A stretch of 64,000 nt of DNA from an uncultured Candidatus Saccharibacteria bacterium (GTDB taxonomy: Bacteria; Patescibacteriota; Minisyncoccia; Phycocordibacterales; CSBR16-119), in the NCBI GenBank assembly GCA_964589975.1, contig CAZPVH010000001.1:246851-310850 (forward strand). Reading direction: 5' to 3'. Below, piece after piece: positions 8,753 through 18,005 of this stretch. Every line of letters starts with the position of its first letter. Position 1 is the stretch's first letter. Position numbers and translations under genes: made by a program. A model generated the notes under the pieces. That model was not told the DNA's origin. It did not search any database and worked only from the letters and a program-made list of their open reading frames with translations.

Positions 8753-10153
8753 TTATTTCAATAAATCTTTTAATATTTGTACTGCAAGCTGTGGATTGGC
8801 GCTTCCTTTAGACTCACGCATAAACTGCCCTACGAGGAACTGAATGGATTTCTCATTCCCGGCCTTGTATTCGGCGACGACTTTTGGATTTGCGGCAATA
8901 ATAGCTTCGGCACTCGCTTTTAGCTTTCCCTCATCGAGCTCTTGAATCAAACCGTGTTCCTTTGCATAACTTTCTGGATCGATATCACTTTTTACCATTT
9001 CGACAATTAGGTCTTTTGCACCACGAGAATTTATCTTATTATCAGCAAGCATTTTTATGATTGTTGCGAAGCTCTTGGCATTTGGAAACGCGAAATCACC
9101 TGTACGGAGACTCATCAGATCTGAAAGAATGTAGTTTGAGGCTTTCTTTATGGCGTCCCCTGCAAGCCCCTCAGCGACAACACTTTCGAAGAAATCAGAG
9201 AGCTCCTTGTCTGCCGCAAATATCGCTGCGTCTTCTTCTTTGATACCAAGCGTCTTCAGCCGCTCGCGTTTCGTGGCAGGCAATTCCGGAAGTTCCGCCC
9301 GCATTTTTTCGAGATCAAACATCTCATGCAGATACATCTTCGGAATATCCGGCTCTGGGAAATACCTATAGTCATGTGAATCTTCTTTCTTCCTTTGTGA
9401 GAAAGTGATCTGCTTGTTTTCATCCCATCCACGAGTTTCTTGGACGATTTCATTTCCCCTTCCTTCCTCCAAAAGTGCAATATGACGCTTAATTTCAAAT
9501 TCCGCCGCCTTTTCTACAGCTTTGAATGAGTTTATATTCTTAACCTCAACTTTCGTGCCAAATTTATCCGTATCAGAAACGGAGAGGTTCAACTCAACGC
9601 GCATCTCGCCCTTTTCCATGTTTGCGTCAGACACGCCAAGGGTTCGGAGAAGGAGTTGGAGTTCACGTCCAAAATCCCCAGCTTCTTTGGCTGAATGGAT
9701 GACCGGCTCGGTGACAAGCTCCATAAGTGGCACGCCCGCTCGATTGAAATCAATAAGAGAAAATTCTCCGCGGTCGTGCTTATTGTTCGCGGTGTCCTCC
9801 TCGAGATGTACTCGCGTGACTTTCACGCCATTGAGATCCCCGCCAGAAACAATCGGATATTTGTATTGAGATATTTGGTAACCCTTTGGAATATCGGGGT
9901 AGAAATAGTTCTTTCGGTCAAATTCAGTAAAGTTCGCGATGTTCGCGCCGATAGCCAGCCCAACCTTAACGACAGACTCGACAGCCTTCATATTCGGCAC
10001 AGGCAAAGTTCCCGGATGCGCCATGCAGACAGGACAAACATTTACATTCGGTTTTTCTTCGTCTGGATTGTTCCGGCACGCACAAAACATCTTGGTAGCT
10101 GTTTTCAGCTCCGCGTGAATTTCTAAACCAATTGTGACTTTATAATCTTTCAT
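8753..10153 (-). CDS. gatB: Asp-tRNA(Asn)/Glu-tRNA(Gln) amidotransferase subunit B
   Basis: GatB N-terminus MKDYKVTIGLEIHAEL and the Cys cluster. The track ORF extends to 10234, but the extra 27 aa are hydrophobic noise. The start was reset to the internal Met at 10153. Confidence 0.9.
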   Translation of the reverse strand: MKDYKVTIGLEIHAELKTATKMFCACRNNPDEEKPNVNVCPVCMAHPGTLPVPNMKAVESVVKVGLAIGANIANFTEFDRKNYFYPDIPKGYQISQYKYPIVSGGDLNGVKVTRVHLEEDTANNKHDRGEFSLIDFNRAGVPLMELVTEPVIHSAKEAGDFGRELQLLLRTLGVSDANMEKGEMRVELNLSVSDTDKFGTKVEVKNINSFKAVEKAAEFEIKRHIALLEEGRGNEIVQETRGWDENKQITFSQRKKEDSHDYRYFPEPDIPKMYLHEMFDLEKMRAELPELPATKRERLKTLGIKEEDAAIFAADKELSDFFESVVAEGLAGDAIKKASNYILSDLMSLRTGDFAFPNAKSFATIIKMLADNKINSRGAKDLIVEMVKSDIDPESYAKEHGLIQELDEGKLKASAEAIIAANPKVVAEYKAGNEKSIQFLVGQFMRESKGSANPQLAVQILKDLLK

Positions 10154-10276
10154 GTATTTGTGCGCCTTCCCGTAGCCTTGTCGAAAGAGGGTCGAACATA
10201 GGAAAAAGTATAGCAAAAGTGAAGATAAAATCATTATTTGACATTTATATTTTTTGTGCTATACTAAAATAAAAAA

Positions 10277-10471
10277 ATGAAACAGCCGAACGGGGTTAAG
10301 ATCTTCGAAGGAACACCTAAGGTGGTCCAAGAGCAAATAAATGAATGGCTAGCGTCTGCTAGCAAGATGCCCGGGAAGCGCGTAATTACCGGGATTTATC
10401 AATCTGGAGGTCACCCGCATATACCGGTACAAATCCAGATATCTATTTTCTATTACACTGACAAACACTAG
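10277..10471 (+). CDS. hypothetical small protein (64 aa)
   Basis: TTGACA-N16-TATACT promoter about 35 nt upstream. Confidence 0.4.
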   Translation: MKQPNGVKIFEGTPKVVQEQINEWLASASKMPGKRVITGIYQSGGHPHIPVQIQISIFYYTDKH

Positions 10472-10479
10472 TCTCCCCG

Positions 10480-10746
10480 ATGAGAAGTAAAAGGCGACCT
10501 TCCTGCTTCAGGGAACAGCTGGAAATGGCGTTCGCAATCGGACTCCTTGCCCTCTGGTTCTTTTCCATGATGCCGTTTCTGATGATCATCGGCCTGTACT
10601 GCGAAGTCGTATACGGCCTGAATGATCGATCAGAGGACCTGACTTGGAAATGGTCGATGGAAGCTTGGGGTAAAGTCTTCGGCTTCGTCCCACGCCTGAT
10701 CATTCGAGCAATTGACTGCTTCAAAAGCACCGCCCCCTGTTACTAG
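10480..10746 (+). CDS. small membrane protein (88 aa)
   Basis: Two hydrophobic helices. Follows the previous ORF after a 9 nt gap. Confidence 0.4.
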   Translation: MRSKRRPSCFREQLEMAFAIGLLALWFFSMMPFLMIIGLYCEVVYGLNDRSEDLTWKWSMEAWGKVFGFVPRLIIRAIDCFKSTAPCY

Positions 10747-10760
10747 GGGGCTTTCGCTTT

Positions 10761-11768
10761 TTATTTTCGGAGAATCTTTACTAGCTCATCACCCACTTTT
10801 TTTACTGACTCATCGTCGAATGCCGACATTGTGAGAACAATCTTACCCCCGCCTCGCGTCGACGAGTCTCCGCGAGTCGAGGCGGGTAATTTTTCAAAAC
10901 TCTTGATTATTTTCTTTATTGTTTCAGGATCGGCAACGTCCGTCTTTGTGAGAATTATTATTTCATCTTTTGCCGCAAGCTCCTTATCGTAATTTTCCAA
11001 TTCCTTCCTGATATTTTTGTAGGTCTGCATCATGTCTTCATTTTCAAATGACACCAGGTGCGCAATCATTTTCGTTCGCTTTATATGCTTTAGGAATTTA
11101 ACGCCAAGGCCTTTGCCTTCGCTGGCGCCTTCAATAATTCCCGGAATGTCCGCGATAACGAATTCCTGAAGAACACCAAGATGCGGATCGAGCGTGGTGA
11201 AAGCATACGCGCCAATCTTTGACTTGGCATTTGTAACAGCATTTATGAGTGTTGATTTCCCGGCGTTTGGATACCCGACAAGCCCAAGGTCAGCAAAAAG
11301 TCGAAGCTCAATATGAAAATGCCCTTCCTCGCCTTTCTTCCCGGGCGTTGATTCGTACGGAGTTGTGTTTAGAGATGATTTGAAATGCTCGTTCCCGAGC
11401 CCTCCCTTGCCGCCTTTCAAGATTAGAATTTTCTGTCCAGGCTCTGTGAGTTCGTACTCGTCACCTGTTTCATTATGCGTAACAACAGAACCAACCGGAA
11501 GTTTGATATAGAGGTCATTTCCCTGCGCACCAGCCATTTTTTTCTTGAAGCCCGGCTCGCCATTTTCAGCAATGAATTTTGTATCGTGCGTATAGCTTGA
11601 AAGAAGGCCTGAATCTTTGACCCCTTCTATATATACGTCTGCGCCATTGCCGCCGTCACCGCCGGCCGGACCGCCGCGGTCCTCGAACTTATCCTGGCGC
11701 CAACGAACAACCCCGTCTCCGCCGGAGCCCGCGCGCGCATAGATTGTGAGTTCGTCGACGAATGCCAT
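10761..11768 (-). CDS. obg: GTPase Obg/CgtA
   Basis: Obg fold N-terminus with Gly-rich repeats (GGDGGNG) followed by a GTPase G-domain. Confidence 0.9.
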   Translation of the reverse strand: MAFVDELTIYARAGSGGDGVVRWRQDKFEDRGGPAGGDGGNGADVYIEGVKDSGLLSSYTHDTKFIAENGEPGFKKKMAGAQGNDLYIKLPVGSVVTHNETGDEYELTEPGQKILILKGGKGGLGNEHFKSSLNTTPYESTPGKKGEEGHFHIELRLFADLGLVGYPNAGKSTLINAVTNAKSKIGAYAFTTLDPHLGVLQEFVIADIPGIIEGASEGKGLGVKFLKHIKRTKMIAHLVSFENEDMMQTYKNIRKELENYDKELAAKDEIIILTKTDVADPETIKKIIKSFEKLPASTRGDSSTRGGGKIVLTMSAFDDESVKKVGDELVKILRK

Positions 11769-11781
11769 ATGTATTGAGAGA

Positions 11782-12699
11782 TTAGCTTTTCAGGGCCGCT
11801 TTAGCAAGGGCAATTGCGCCGTCGCGCGACCCTGCGCCGGCCAGGAATAGCATGTTATGGCAAAATGTCGCGTCCGGTACTCCTGATACTTTTTGTAATT
11901 CTCCATCACGCTTTCCTCCCCATGATGCCGGGAGAGGCTTTCTATTCTTTGTTGAACCCATAGAGTCCCTGGCAGTCGTGACATGCCACTCACCCCGACG
12001 GCTTGGGTAGACTATGTAGATTGCTTCAGGCAAATGAAGCGCTCCAACTGTAACCGCGTGTCGACCAACACCCCTGTCGACAATGATGATGCTTTTATTG
12101 CTGATCGAATCATAGCGCTCTTTCATATAGACATTCACTTCTTGCTGCTCTTTGGCCTGAGCGATGGCTTTCACCAGAACTTTCTTTGCAAACCTTACTA
12201 CCTCACAAAAAGCGCGATCGAAATCTTTCGGCTCCGCGCCTTCTGTCGGGTGAAATATTCCCACAACATCCTGAAAAGTTACCGGGTCGAGATGTTCAAC
12301 GACTCTTTTATACACATCAACGCCATTGTCATGCGCGTCTATCGGCTGAACCAAGTATTTATCTATTTCCTCGGCAATTATTGAGCTGTCACAGAGATCG
12401 GCGCCGAATTTCTTCCAAACCAAACCAAACGATGCAAACGGCACGCCATTCGCACGCTCTCCTGCGCCTCCTTTTTGGTGATGATCGAATCTGTTTTTCT
12501 CCGGGTCATATGTTCCCCCCACATCAAAAACGAAATCTCCGCGAGCAAAGTCAGATTCCTCGCGGCTGCGAACTACCTTTGCGTCTCGGCCATCTTTTTC
12601 CAGAATGAGTTCGATCGTCGCGCAGGCAAACACGTCGTCCGTATGGAACGATCCGCTGTGTGTTACCAGGATTTTTCTTCTTTTGAAAAAATTAATCAC
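11782..12699 (-). CDS. MYG1/UPF0160 family metal-dependent hydrolase
   Basis: THSGSFHTDDVFA N-terminal His motif characteristic of the MYG1 family. Confidence 0.7.
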   Translation of the reverse strand: MINFFKRRKILVTHSGSFHTDDVFACATIELILEKDGRDAKVVRSREESDFARGDFVFDVGGTYDPEKNRFDHHQKGGAGERANGVPFASFGLVWKKFGADLCDSSIIAEEIDKYLVQPIDAHDNGVDVYKRVVEHLDPVTFQDVVGIFHPTEGAEPKDFDRAFCEVVRFAKKVLVKAIAQAKEQQEVNVYMKERYDSISNKSIIIVDRGVGRHAVTVGALHLPEAIYIVYPSRRGEWHVTTARDSMGSTKNRKPLPASWGGKRDGELQKVSGVPDATFCHNMLFLAGAGSRDGAIALAKAALKS

Positions 12700-13036
12700 G
12701 ATCTTTTATGACACGATCAGCCAGCCAATTCAAAACTGAGACGATGAGCGAACCGAGGAATGCGGCCATAAACGTATCTACTGTCATACCCGGGATGAGA
12801 CCAGAAACAAACCAGAAGAACAGAGCGTTCAGGATAAGCAGAAAAAAACCGAGAGTAATTATGGTGATCGGAATTGTCAGAATTTTTACGACAGGCTTAA
12901 CCGCAACCTGGATAATGGTAAGCGCGGCTCCGGCGATAAGAATCGAAACCCAATCCGCCAGCTCAATTCCCGGTATCAGATAATCAGCGGCAATAACCGC
13001 GAGGGTTAGAAATATGAATCTAAAAAATAATTTCAT
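12692..13036 (-). CDS. DUF360/YvlD phage-holin-4-like membrane protein
   Basis: Four TM helices with the GxxxAxxxA pattern. The start was set to the Met at 13036, directly abutting an arm of the repeat element. Confidence 0.6.
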   Translation of the reverse strand: MKLFFRFIFLTLAVIAADYLIPGIELADWVSILIAGAALTIIQVAVKPVVKILTIPITIITLGFFLLILNALFFWFVSGLIPGMTVDTFMAAFLGSLIVSVLNWLADRVIKDRD

Positions 13037-13157
13037 CCCGTTAGAAGCAGGTCGCGGTCTTATCGCTACCAGCATATTTATCAATTATAATACTGTACTT
13101 TGAATTTAACATAATTTGATTTGTCATCCCGTGGCCGCGGCGTTTAACGGGATTCAT
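13034..13157. repeat. intergenic inverted-repeat element, copy A (left arm CATCCCGTTAGAAGCAGGTCGCGGTC, AT-rich core, degenerate/composite right arm)
   Basis: Left arm 13034-13059 abuts the ATG of the holin-like gene. Right arm 13125-13157 is a collapsed palindrome CATCCCGT..AACGGGATTCAT. Confidence 0.8.
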
Positions 13158-13163
13158 ATCCTT

Positions 13164-13616
13164 CTAAAATAATGAATCTACGGCGGCTTTAACATCGCCA
13201 CCGTCTGCCTTACCCTTAAGATCCTTCATAAGTGCTGCCATAAGCATGCCTTTCTTTGATGGATCTGTGATGGCAAGCTCCGCCTTCTTCGCTTCCGCGA
13301 GTTTCTGCACTTCCTCCATTGGCATCATCATCGGGAGAAATTCCTGAAGAATCGCGAGTTCTTTGGCCTCAGTCTCTGCAAGCTCTGGGCGTCCACCTTT
13401 GTTGAATTGGTCAATAGACTCCTTTCGCTGCTTTGAAAGACGTGTAATCACCGCTATTGCCTCTTCGTCTGTCAGCATGTCAGTCGGTTTTCTCTTCGTG
13501 GAGACAAGCTCGTTCGTAAAAGCAGTGGAAACACCCCTCATAACCAAAAGCCGAGTTTCGTCTTTGGCTTTCATGGCAGATTTAATACCCTCTTTGATAT
13601 TCTCGTGTAGTGACAT
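13164..13616 (-). CDS. yqeY: GatB/YqeY domain protein
   Basis: 150 aa. Collinear with YqeY (EAIAVITRLSKQRKESIDQFNKGGRPELAE). Confidence 0.8.
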   Translation of the reverse strand: MSLHENIKEGIKSAMKAKDETRLLVMRGVSTAFTNELVSTKRKPTDMLTDEEAIAVITRLSKQRKESIDQFNKGGRPELAETEAKELAILQEFLPMMMPMEEVQKLAEAKKAELAITDPSKKGMLMAALMKDLKGKADGGDVKAAVDSLF

Positions 13617-13656
13617 ATCACCATGTTAGCAAATTTGATAGAATGTTTCCAGATCT

Positions 13657-13770
13657 CCCGTTAGAGATCGTGGTCGCTAGTAAGAAAAAACCTTATGAAA
13701 ATATCAAATACAAATATTATTAAAATAGGCTGGATAGTCTGCGGAACGACCGCGACCTATCTCTAACGGG
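13657..13770. repeat. intergenic inverted-repeat element, copy B (in a divergent intergenic region)
   Basis: Arms CCCGTTAGAGATCGTGGTCG (13657-13676) and CGACCGCGACCTATCTCTAACGGG (13747-13770). The right arm is immediately followed by ATG at 13771. Confidence 0.8.
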
Positions 13771-14493
13771 ATGAAAAAACAAACACTTCTTTTCCTTGAT
13801 ACAGAAACGACCGGCAATCAGCCTTCCGACCGGCTTTGTCAGCTTTGCTACAAACTGGGCAACAAAATCGTAAACGAACTTTACAAGCCGCCAGTTACCA
13901 TAAGTATTGAATCCATGGCCATTCATCACATCACGACAAAGATGGTGGAAGATAAACCGGCGTTTACAGAAAGTCCTGAATACGAAGAACTAAAGGGTTT
14001 ACTTGAATCCGGCGCAATCCTCATCGCGCACAATGCCAAATTTGATATCGGTATGATTGAGAAAGAGGGTCTCACAGTTCCAACTCATATTGATACATAC
14101 CGCGTAGCGCGCCATCTCGATACCGAAAGTAAAATTCCTTCTTACCGACTCCAATACCTTCGATACTTCCTTGGGATTGTCATCGATGCCACAGCTCACG
14201 ACGCCAAAGGTGATGTTTTGGTTCTGGAGCAGCTATTCGACAGACTACTGGCAAAGATTATGGAAAAGGACGGGCTGTCCAAAGAGGAAGCAATTGAAGC
14301 GATGGTAAAAATTTCCGCCGAACCAGTTACATTTACCATGTTTAACTTCGGCAAATACAAGGGCAAGACTGTATCTGAAGTCATTGCTTGTGATCGGAAC
14401 TACTGCCAGTGGCTCCTGACTGAGAAAAAGAAAAACCCGGCTGATGAAGAGGATTGGATCTATACTCTTGAAAAACTGCTCGAAGTGAAGTAG
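13771..14493 (+). CDS. DEDDh 3'-5' exonuclease (DnaQ/epsilon-like), with a C-terminal extension
   Basis: FLDTETTG ... HNAKFD ... H..DAKGD exo motifs. Confidence 0.8.
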   Translation: MKKQTLLFLDTETTGNQPSDRLCQLCYKLGNKIVNELYKPPVTISIESMAIHHITTKMVEDKPAFTESPEYEELKGLLESGAILIAHNAKFDIGMIEKEGLTVPTHIDTYRVARHLDTESKIPSYRLQYLRYFLGIVIDATAHDAKGDVLVLEQLFDRLLAKIMEKDGLSKEEAIEAMVKISAEPVTFTMFNFGKYKGKTVSEVIACDRNYCQWLLTEKKKNPADEEDWIYTLEKLLEVK

Positions 14494-14516
14494 AGTATCG
14501 GCAAAACACAGAGCTC

Positions 14517-14981
14517 ATGGAAATCACGCCGTCCACCACCCCCCAATCGATAAAAGCTGCATTCGCAGAAGACATCAACGGTTACTGCAGACAAGGAGAT
14601 GCCTTTCGCCATAACTGCATATCCATACTAGAAGCTTTGTCGTTAAGTACGCCAGAGGTCGATTGTGTCCTTGCAGACAAGGGCGTAAAGCTCCTGGACA
14701 TCTATGACGATATCGACAAGTCAGTCGAGGCCGCTCAATTCTACATGCAAGGCGCGCATGTAAAGGCCTCAATCTTTCTGCGGCGCGATGGGACTACCTG
14801 GCTGGAGATAACAGACCTTACCTACACCTGGGAGGGTAAGCCCTTTGAGCGACAGGAGCTTCGTCTTCCTGGAACATCAATCCCAGTAAGGGGCGCAGAA
14901 GATTTTCCACGACGCCGACTGAAGCTAAATGAGCACTCTCTCAAAGTGATGATTGATCTGCTCCTTGAGACCAAGTGGTAG
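14517..14981 (+). CDS. hypothetical protein (154 aa), GC-rich
   Basis: Complete ORF followed by a GC-rich hairpin terminator at about 14985-15020. Confidence 0.45.
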   Translation: MEITPSTTPQSIKAAFAEDINGYCRQGDAFRHNCISILEALSLSTPEVDCVLADKGVKLLDIYDDIDKSVEAAQFYMQGAHVKASIFLRRDGTTWLEITDLTYTWEGKPFERQELRLPGTSIPVRGAEDFPRRRLKLNEHSLKVMIDLLLETKW

Positions 14982-15007
14982 AGCTCGGAAGCCCCGGCCC
15001 CCGCAAA

Positions 15008-15325
15008 TTAGTGCGGGGGCTTTCCTCTTGAAACATTCAAAAAAGTATAGTAAAGTGTTGCAAAAACCAAGGCATGAACACCAGAGAATACCGCTATGCC
15101 ATGAACAGGCGGCAGAATATCATCTTTGCCAGGCTTTTCTGGCAGATCGCAGTCGTTCTTCTCATCCTTGAAGCCCTTTATGGCTGACACACAGTACAAA
15201 ACCAAAACCACGATAAATGGAAAGAACCCTACCCGACGTTGACCATTGGCTGGTGAACACCCTCTTCGCAGGGGGTGTGATGTGCCTGACGCTGGCTCTC
15301 CTTGGCCTGGCGGTCTGGATACCAT
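15008..15325 (-). CDS. doubtful small membrane ORF
   Basis: One hydrophobic segment. No internal Met and a poor upstream context. Confidence 0.25.
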   Translation of the reverse strand: MVSRPPGQGEPASGTSHPLRRGCSPANGQRRVGFFPFIVVLVLYCVSAIKGFKDEKNDCDLPEKPGKDDILPPVHGIAVFSGVHALVFATLYYTFLNVSRGKPPH

Positions 15326-15378
15326 GACAGTAGGCCCCGCATTTCGCGGGGCCTTTGGTTTTCTGATAGAATAACGGA

Positions 15379-16449
15379 ATGAATCAATGGATTTTCTTAA
15401 TAATAGGATTAGTTGTTGGCGGAATTACCCTTTCCCTATTCCGAAACAAGCGCCGACCAGAAGAGACCCAGGGTCTTTTACTAATGCAACAACAACTTTC
15501 AGACTTCACTAAAAAAATTGATACCGCACTATTGGAGAATCGTCGTGACATGAACGACGCAGTTCGTTCCCAGTTTTCCGAATCTCAGAAACTTTTACGA
15601 GAAATCAATGAGCAGATGCAAAAAAATTTGGTTGACGTAACCCGCGAGCAAACAAAAGCTAACGAAGCTACACGTCAATTTATGACCATCGCTGAACAAT
15701 TAGCAAACCTTGAAAAAACGTTAAAACACCAAAAGCAACGTGGTAATTGGGGAGAGGCGTCATTAGAACTTATCCTCCAAAACACATTAGCCCCCGGTCA
15801 ATACACAATGCAGTACGAATTTATCAATAAAGAAAAGGTCGATGCTGTGATTACAACCAAGGAGGGATTAATACCAATTGACGCAAAATTTTCTCTTGAT
15901 AACTATAATCGCATATCGCAAGCAACAGACGAGCGTCAACGTGAAGAGCTTGAAAAAGAATTTAAATCAGATCTTAAAAAACGTATTGATGAAACAGCAA
16001 AATATATTAGACCAAACGAGGGCACTCTGCCTTTTGCGTTTATGTATATTCCAGCTGAAGGAATTTACTATGATTTATTAGTTGGCGAGGTCAATAAAGC
16101 AAGTATTAATGCGCGTAATCTTATTGATTATGCCTACAATGACAAAAAAGTAGTAATCGTTTCGCCCACAACTTTCATGGCTTATTTACAATCGGTTTTA
16201 TATGGCTTTAAAGCATTTAAAATTGAAGAGGGTGCAAAAGATATCATTAAGAGAGTAAATGAACTTGGAAAACATTTAAAAGCCTATGAGGATTATATGG
16301 GTAAATTAGGAAACGCGATCGGTACAACTGTTAACCATTACAACTCTGCATACAAGGAACTTGGCAAAGTAGACAAGGACGTTACTCGAATCACGGGCGA
16401 CACTCCAGGCATAGAGCCAATATTAATAGACAAACCATTCGTTGAATAG
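15379..16449 (+). CDS. rmuC: DNA recombination protein RmuC
   Basis: N-terminal TM, long coiled coil, C-terminal RmuC nuclease-like domain. Confidence 0.85.
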   Translation: MNQWIFLIIGLVVGGITLSLFRNKRRPEETQGLLLMQQQLSDFTKKIDTALLENRRDMNDAVRSQFSESQKLLREINEQMQKNLVDVTREQTKANEATRQFMTIAEQLANLEKTLKHQKQRGNWGEASLELILQNTLAPGQYTMQYEFINKEKVDAVITTKEGLIPIDAKFSLDNYNRISQATDERQREELEKEFKSDLKKRIDETAKYIRPNEGTLPFAFMYIPAEGIYYDLLVGEVNKASINARNLIDYAYNDKKVVIVSPTTFMAYLQSVLYGFKAFKIEEGAKDIIKRVNELGKHLKAYEDYMGKLGNAIGTTVNHYNSAYKELGKVDKDVTRITGDTPGIEPILIDKPFVE

Positions 16450-16482
16450 TAAAAACCCCCTCGCGGGGATTTTTACTATTGA

Positions 16483-17289
16483 TTATTTAACTGTAGGCAT
16501 TTGTTCCTTCCTTACTTTCTGAGCGTCGCCGCCGAGAGTTTGCGCAAGGATGAAATCCCTGTCGTTCTTTGAGCCTGTGTATTTGATGAGTCCGTCCATG
16601 TTCGTGTCAGTTCCGAAGTATCCTTCGACGACATTATTTGGATTTTCCTCGCCAACCATAGTGAGGATCGCGTCTTTGTCATTGTTCACTCCGACATAAT
16701 TTACAACGCTATTCCAATTAGCATTTCCTGCCCAGAGAACCTGTACGCCATCAACAATCTTTACAGCTTCTGTTCCATAGGCTGGCATAGTCGTAAAGTC
16801 ATAACCAGACTTGAGAGTGAGAGGCTTGGCCGTCATGACTGCCAAGTGATTTCTGTGGCGAATAGAGATGTAGTAATTCGGTCCGGAGAGTGGAACAGAA
16901 ACCGGAGAAACTCCGTCCGCGTCCACGACATCGCCATCTGCTTGGACAAGGGCCGCTCGAGAGTAAACTACAGGCGTTCCAGTCTTCCTAGCGCGAATTT
17001 CCAGCACTACCCAATCGATGATCGCGTTTTCACCAGTAGTAGCAAAGACTGAAGAATCGACAGTCTTCTGTTCTCCGGAAGTGAATCGGTAACCAAGCTC
17101 TGTATATGGCTCCTTGGTTGGGACCAATTCTGCCATCCGGAGGCTGTCTTTCATAAGACCTGTTTCGGCATTATAAGCGCCGCCAAGCATTACTCTTATC
17201 GGGAGAGCTGTTTCTTGTCCTGCGCCCACCCCGCCTGGAGCCGCCAACATGGCAATACTGAGGACTAGACTTACTATATTGCTGTTCAT
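16483..17289 (-). CDS. secreted protein with D-x-D-x-DG calcium-binding-like repeats
   Basis: Signal peptide and repeated NNDKD / TDTNMDG / SKNDRD motifs (dockerin- or thrombospondin-3-like). Confidence 0.45.
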   Translation of the reverse strand: MNSNIVSLVLSIAMLAAPGGVGAGQETALPIRVMLGGAYNAETGLMKDSLRMAELVPTKEPYTELGYRFTSGEQKTVDSSVFATTGENAIIDWVVLEIRARKTGTPVVYSRAALVQADGDVVDADGVSPVSVPLSGPNYYISIRHRNHLAVMTAKPLTLKSGYDFTTMPAYGTEAVKIVDGVQVLWAGNANWNSVVNYVGVNNDKDAILTMVGEENPNNVVEGYFGTDTNMDGLIKYTGSKNDRDFILAQTLGGDAQKVRKEQMPTVK

Positions 17290-17312
17290 AATATAAGAAT
17301 TAACGTTTATAA

Positions 17313-17900
17313 CTATCTGACTATTTCAGTAACGTCGATCTTGTACCAATCTTGCCATTCTGTCAAGGCAGATCCCTTTGTCTCGCGCATCTTAACCGTG
17401 ACTGTCTCTAGTTCTTGGAGTGCGACAAATTCCCTCTTTACACCCACTGCCTCGCAGACTGCGTATGAAAGAGGGATACCCTCCACAGAGGAAGTGTCAA
17501 TAAAATCTGTCTCTTTGCAGGTTCCGGTGTGAACTCCGAGCTTGTACGGCCGGCCGAAGGCAATAGCGCTGCCGTTTCGGGTAAAATCAGCAAATTCCAT
17601 CTTAAGCCAGGTTTGGCCTGTGCCTGCGACTTCAGGACTCGTTGTATCGAAAATCCATTTAACTCCCTGAAACTCGTAGGTGTAGTCACCCGCCACGACC
17701 TGCTGCGCCACATGAAGCGCGCTTTCTTCATTTTCAGTTTGAGCCGGCACAGTCTCCTCCGGAGTTTCTGCAACTGGTTCTGCGGGCTTTGAGCGAAAGA
17801 AAATAATAAGAGCGATAGCTACAACAACTACAACCCCGGCGATAATATAATTCTGATAAGGCTTCCTGTCTTCCGTCTTCGCGTTATTATTTTCAGCCAT
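17313..17900 (-). CDS. membrane-anchored extracytoplasmic hypothetical protein
   Basis: One TM helix followed by a soluble domain. Confidence 0.5.
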   Translation of the reverse strand: MAENNNAKTEDRKPYQNYIIAGVVVVVAIALIIFFRSKPAEPVAETPEETVPAQTENEESALHVAQQVVAGDYTYEFQGVKWIFDTTSPEVAGTGQTWLKMEFADFTRNGSAIAFGRPYKLGVHTGTCKETDFIDTSSVEGIPLSYAVCEAVGVKREFVALQELETVTVKMRETKGSALTEWQDWYKIDVTEIVR

Positions 17901-18005
17901 AGTGGTTTTATTTTACCATGGTGGGAAATGTTGACCAAAACCTTGTCAAAAACCACTTTTAATGTTATTGTCCGCTCAAACCTGAACCCTAAAAACCAAC
18001 GTACC

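Noticed and set aside
8753-10234. Longer gatB start at 10234
   Set aside because: The extra 27 residues are a hydrophobic non-conserved stretch, and the alignment of the GatB N-terminus begins at MKDYKV (10153). The extension also overlaps the divergent promoter.
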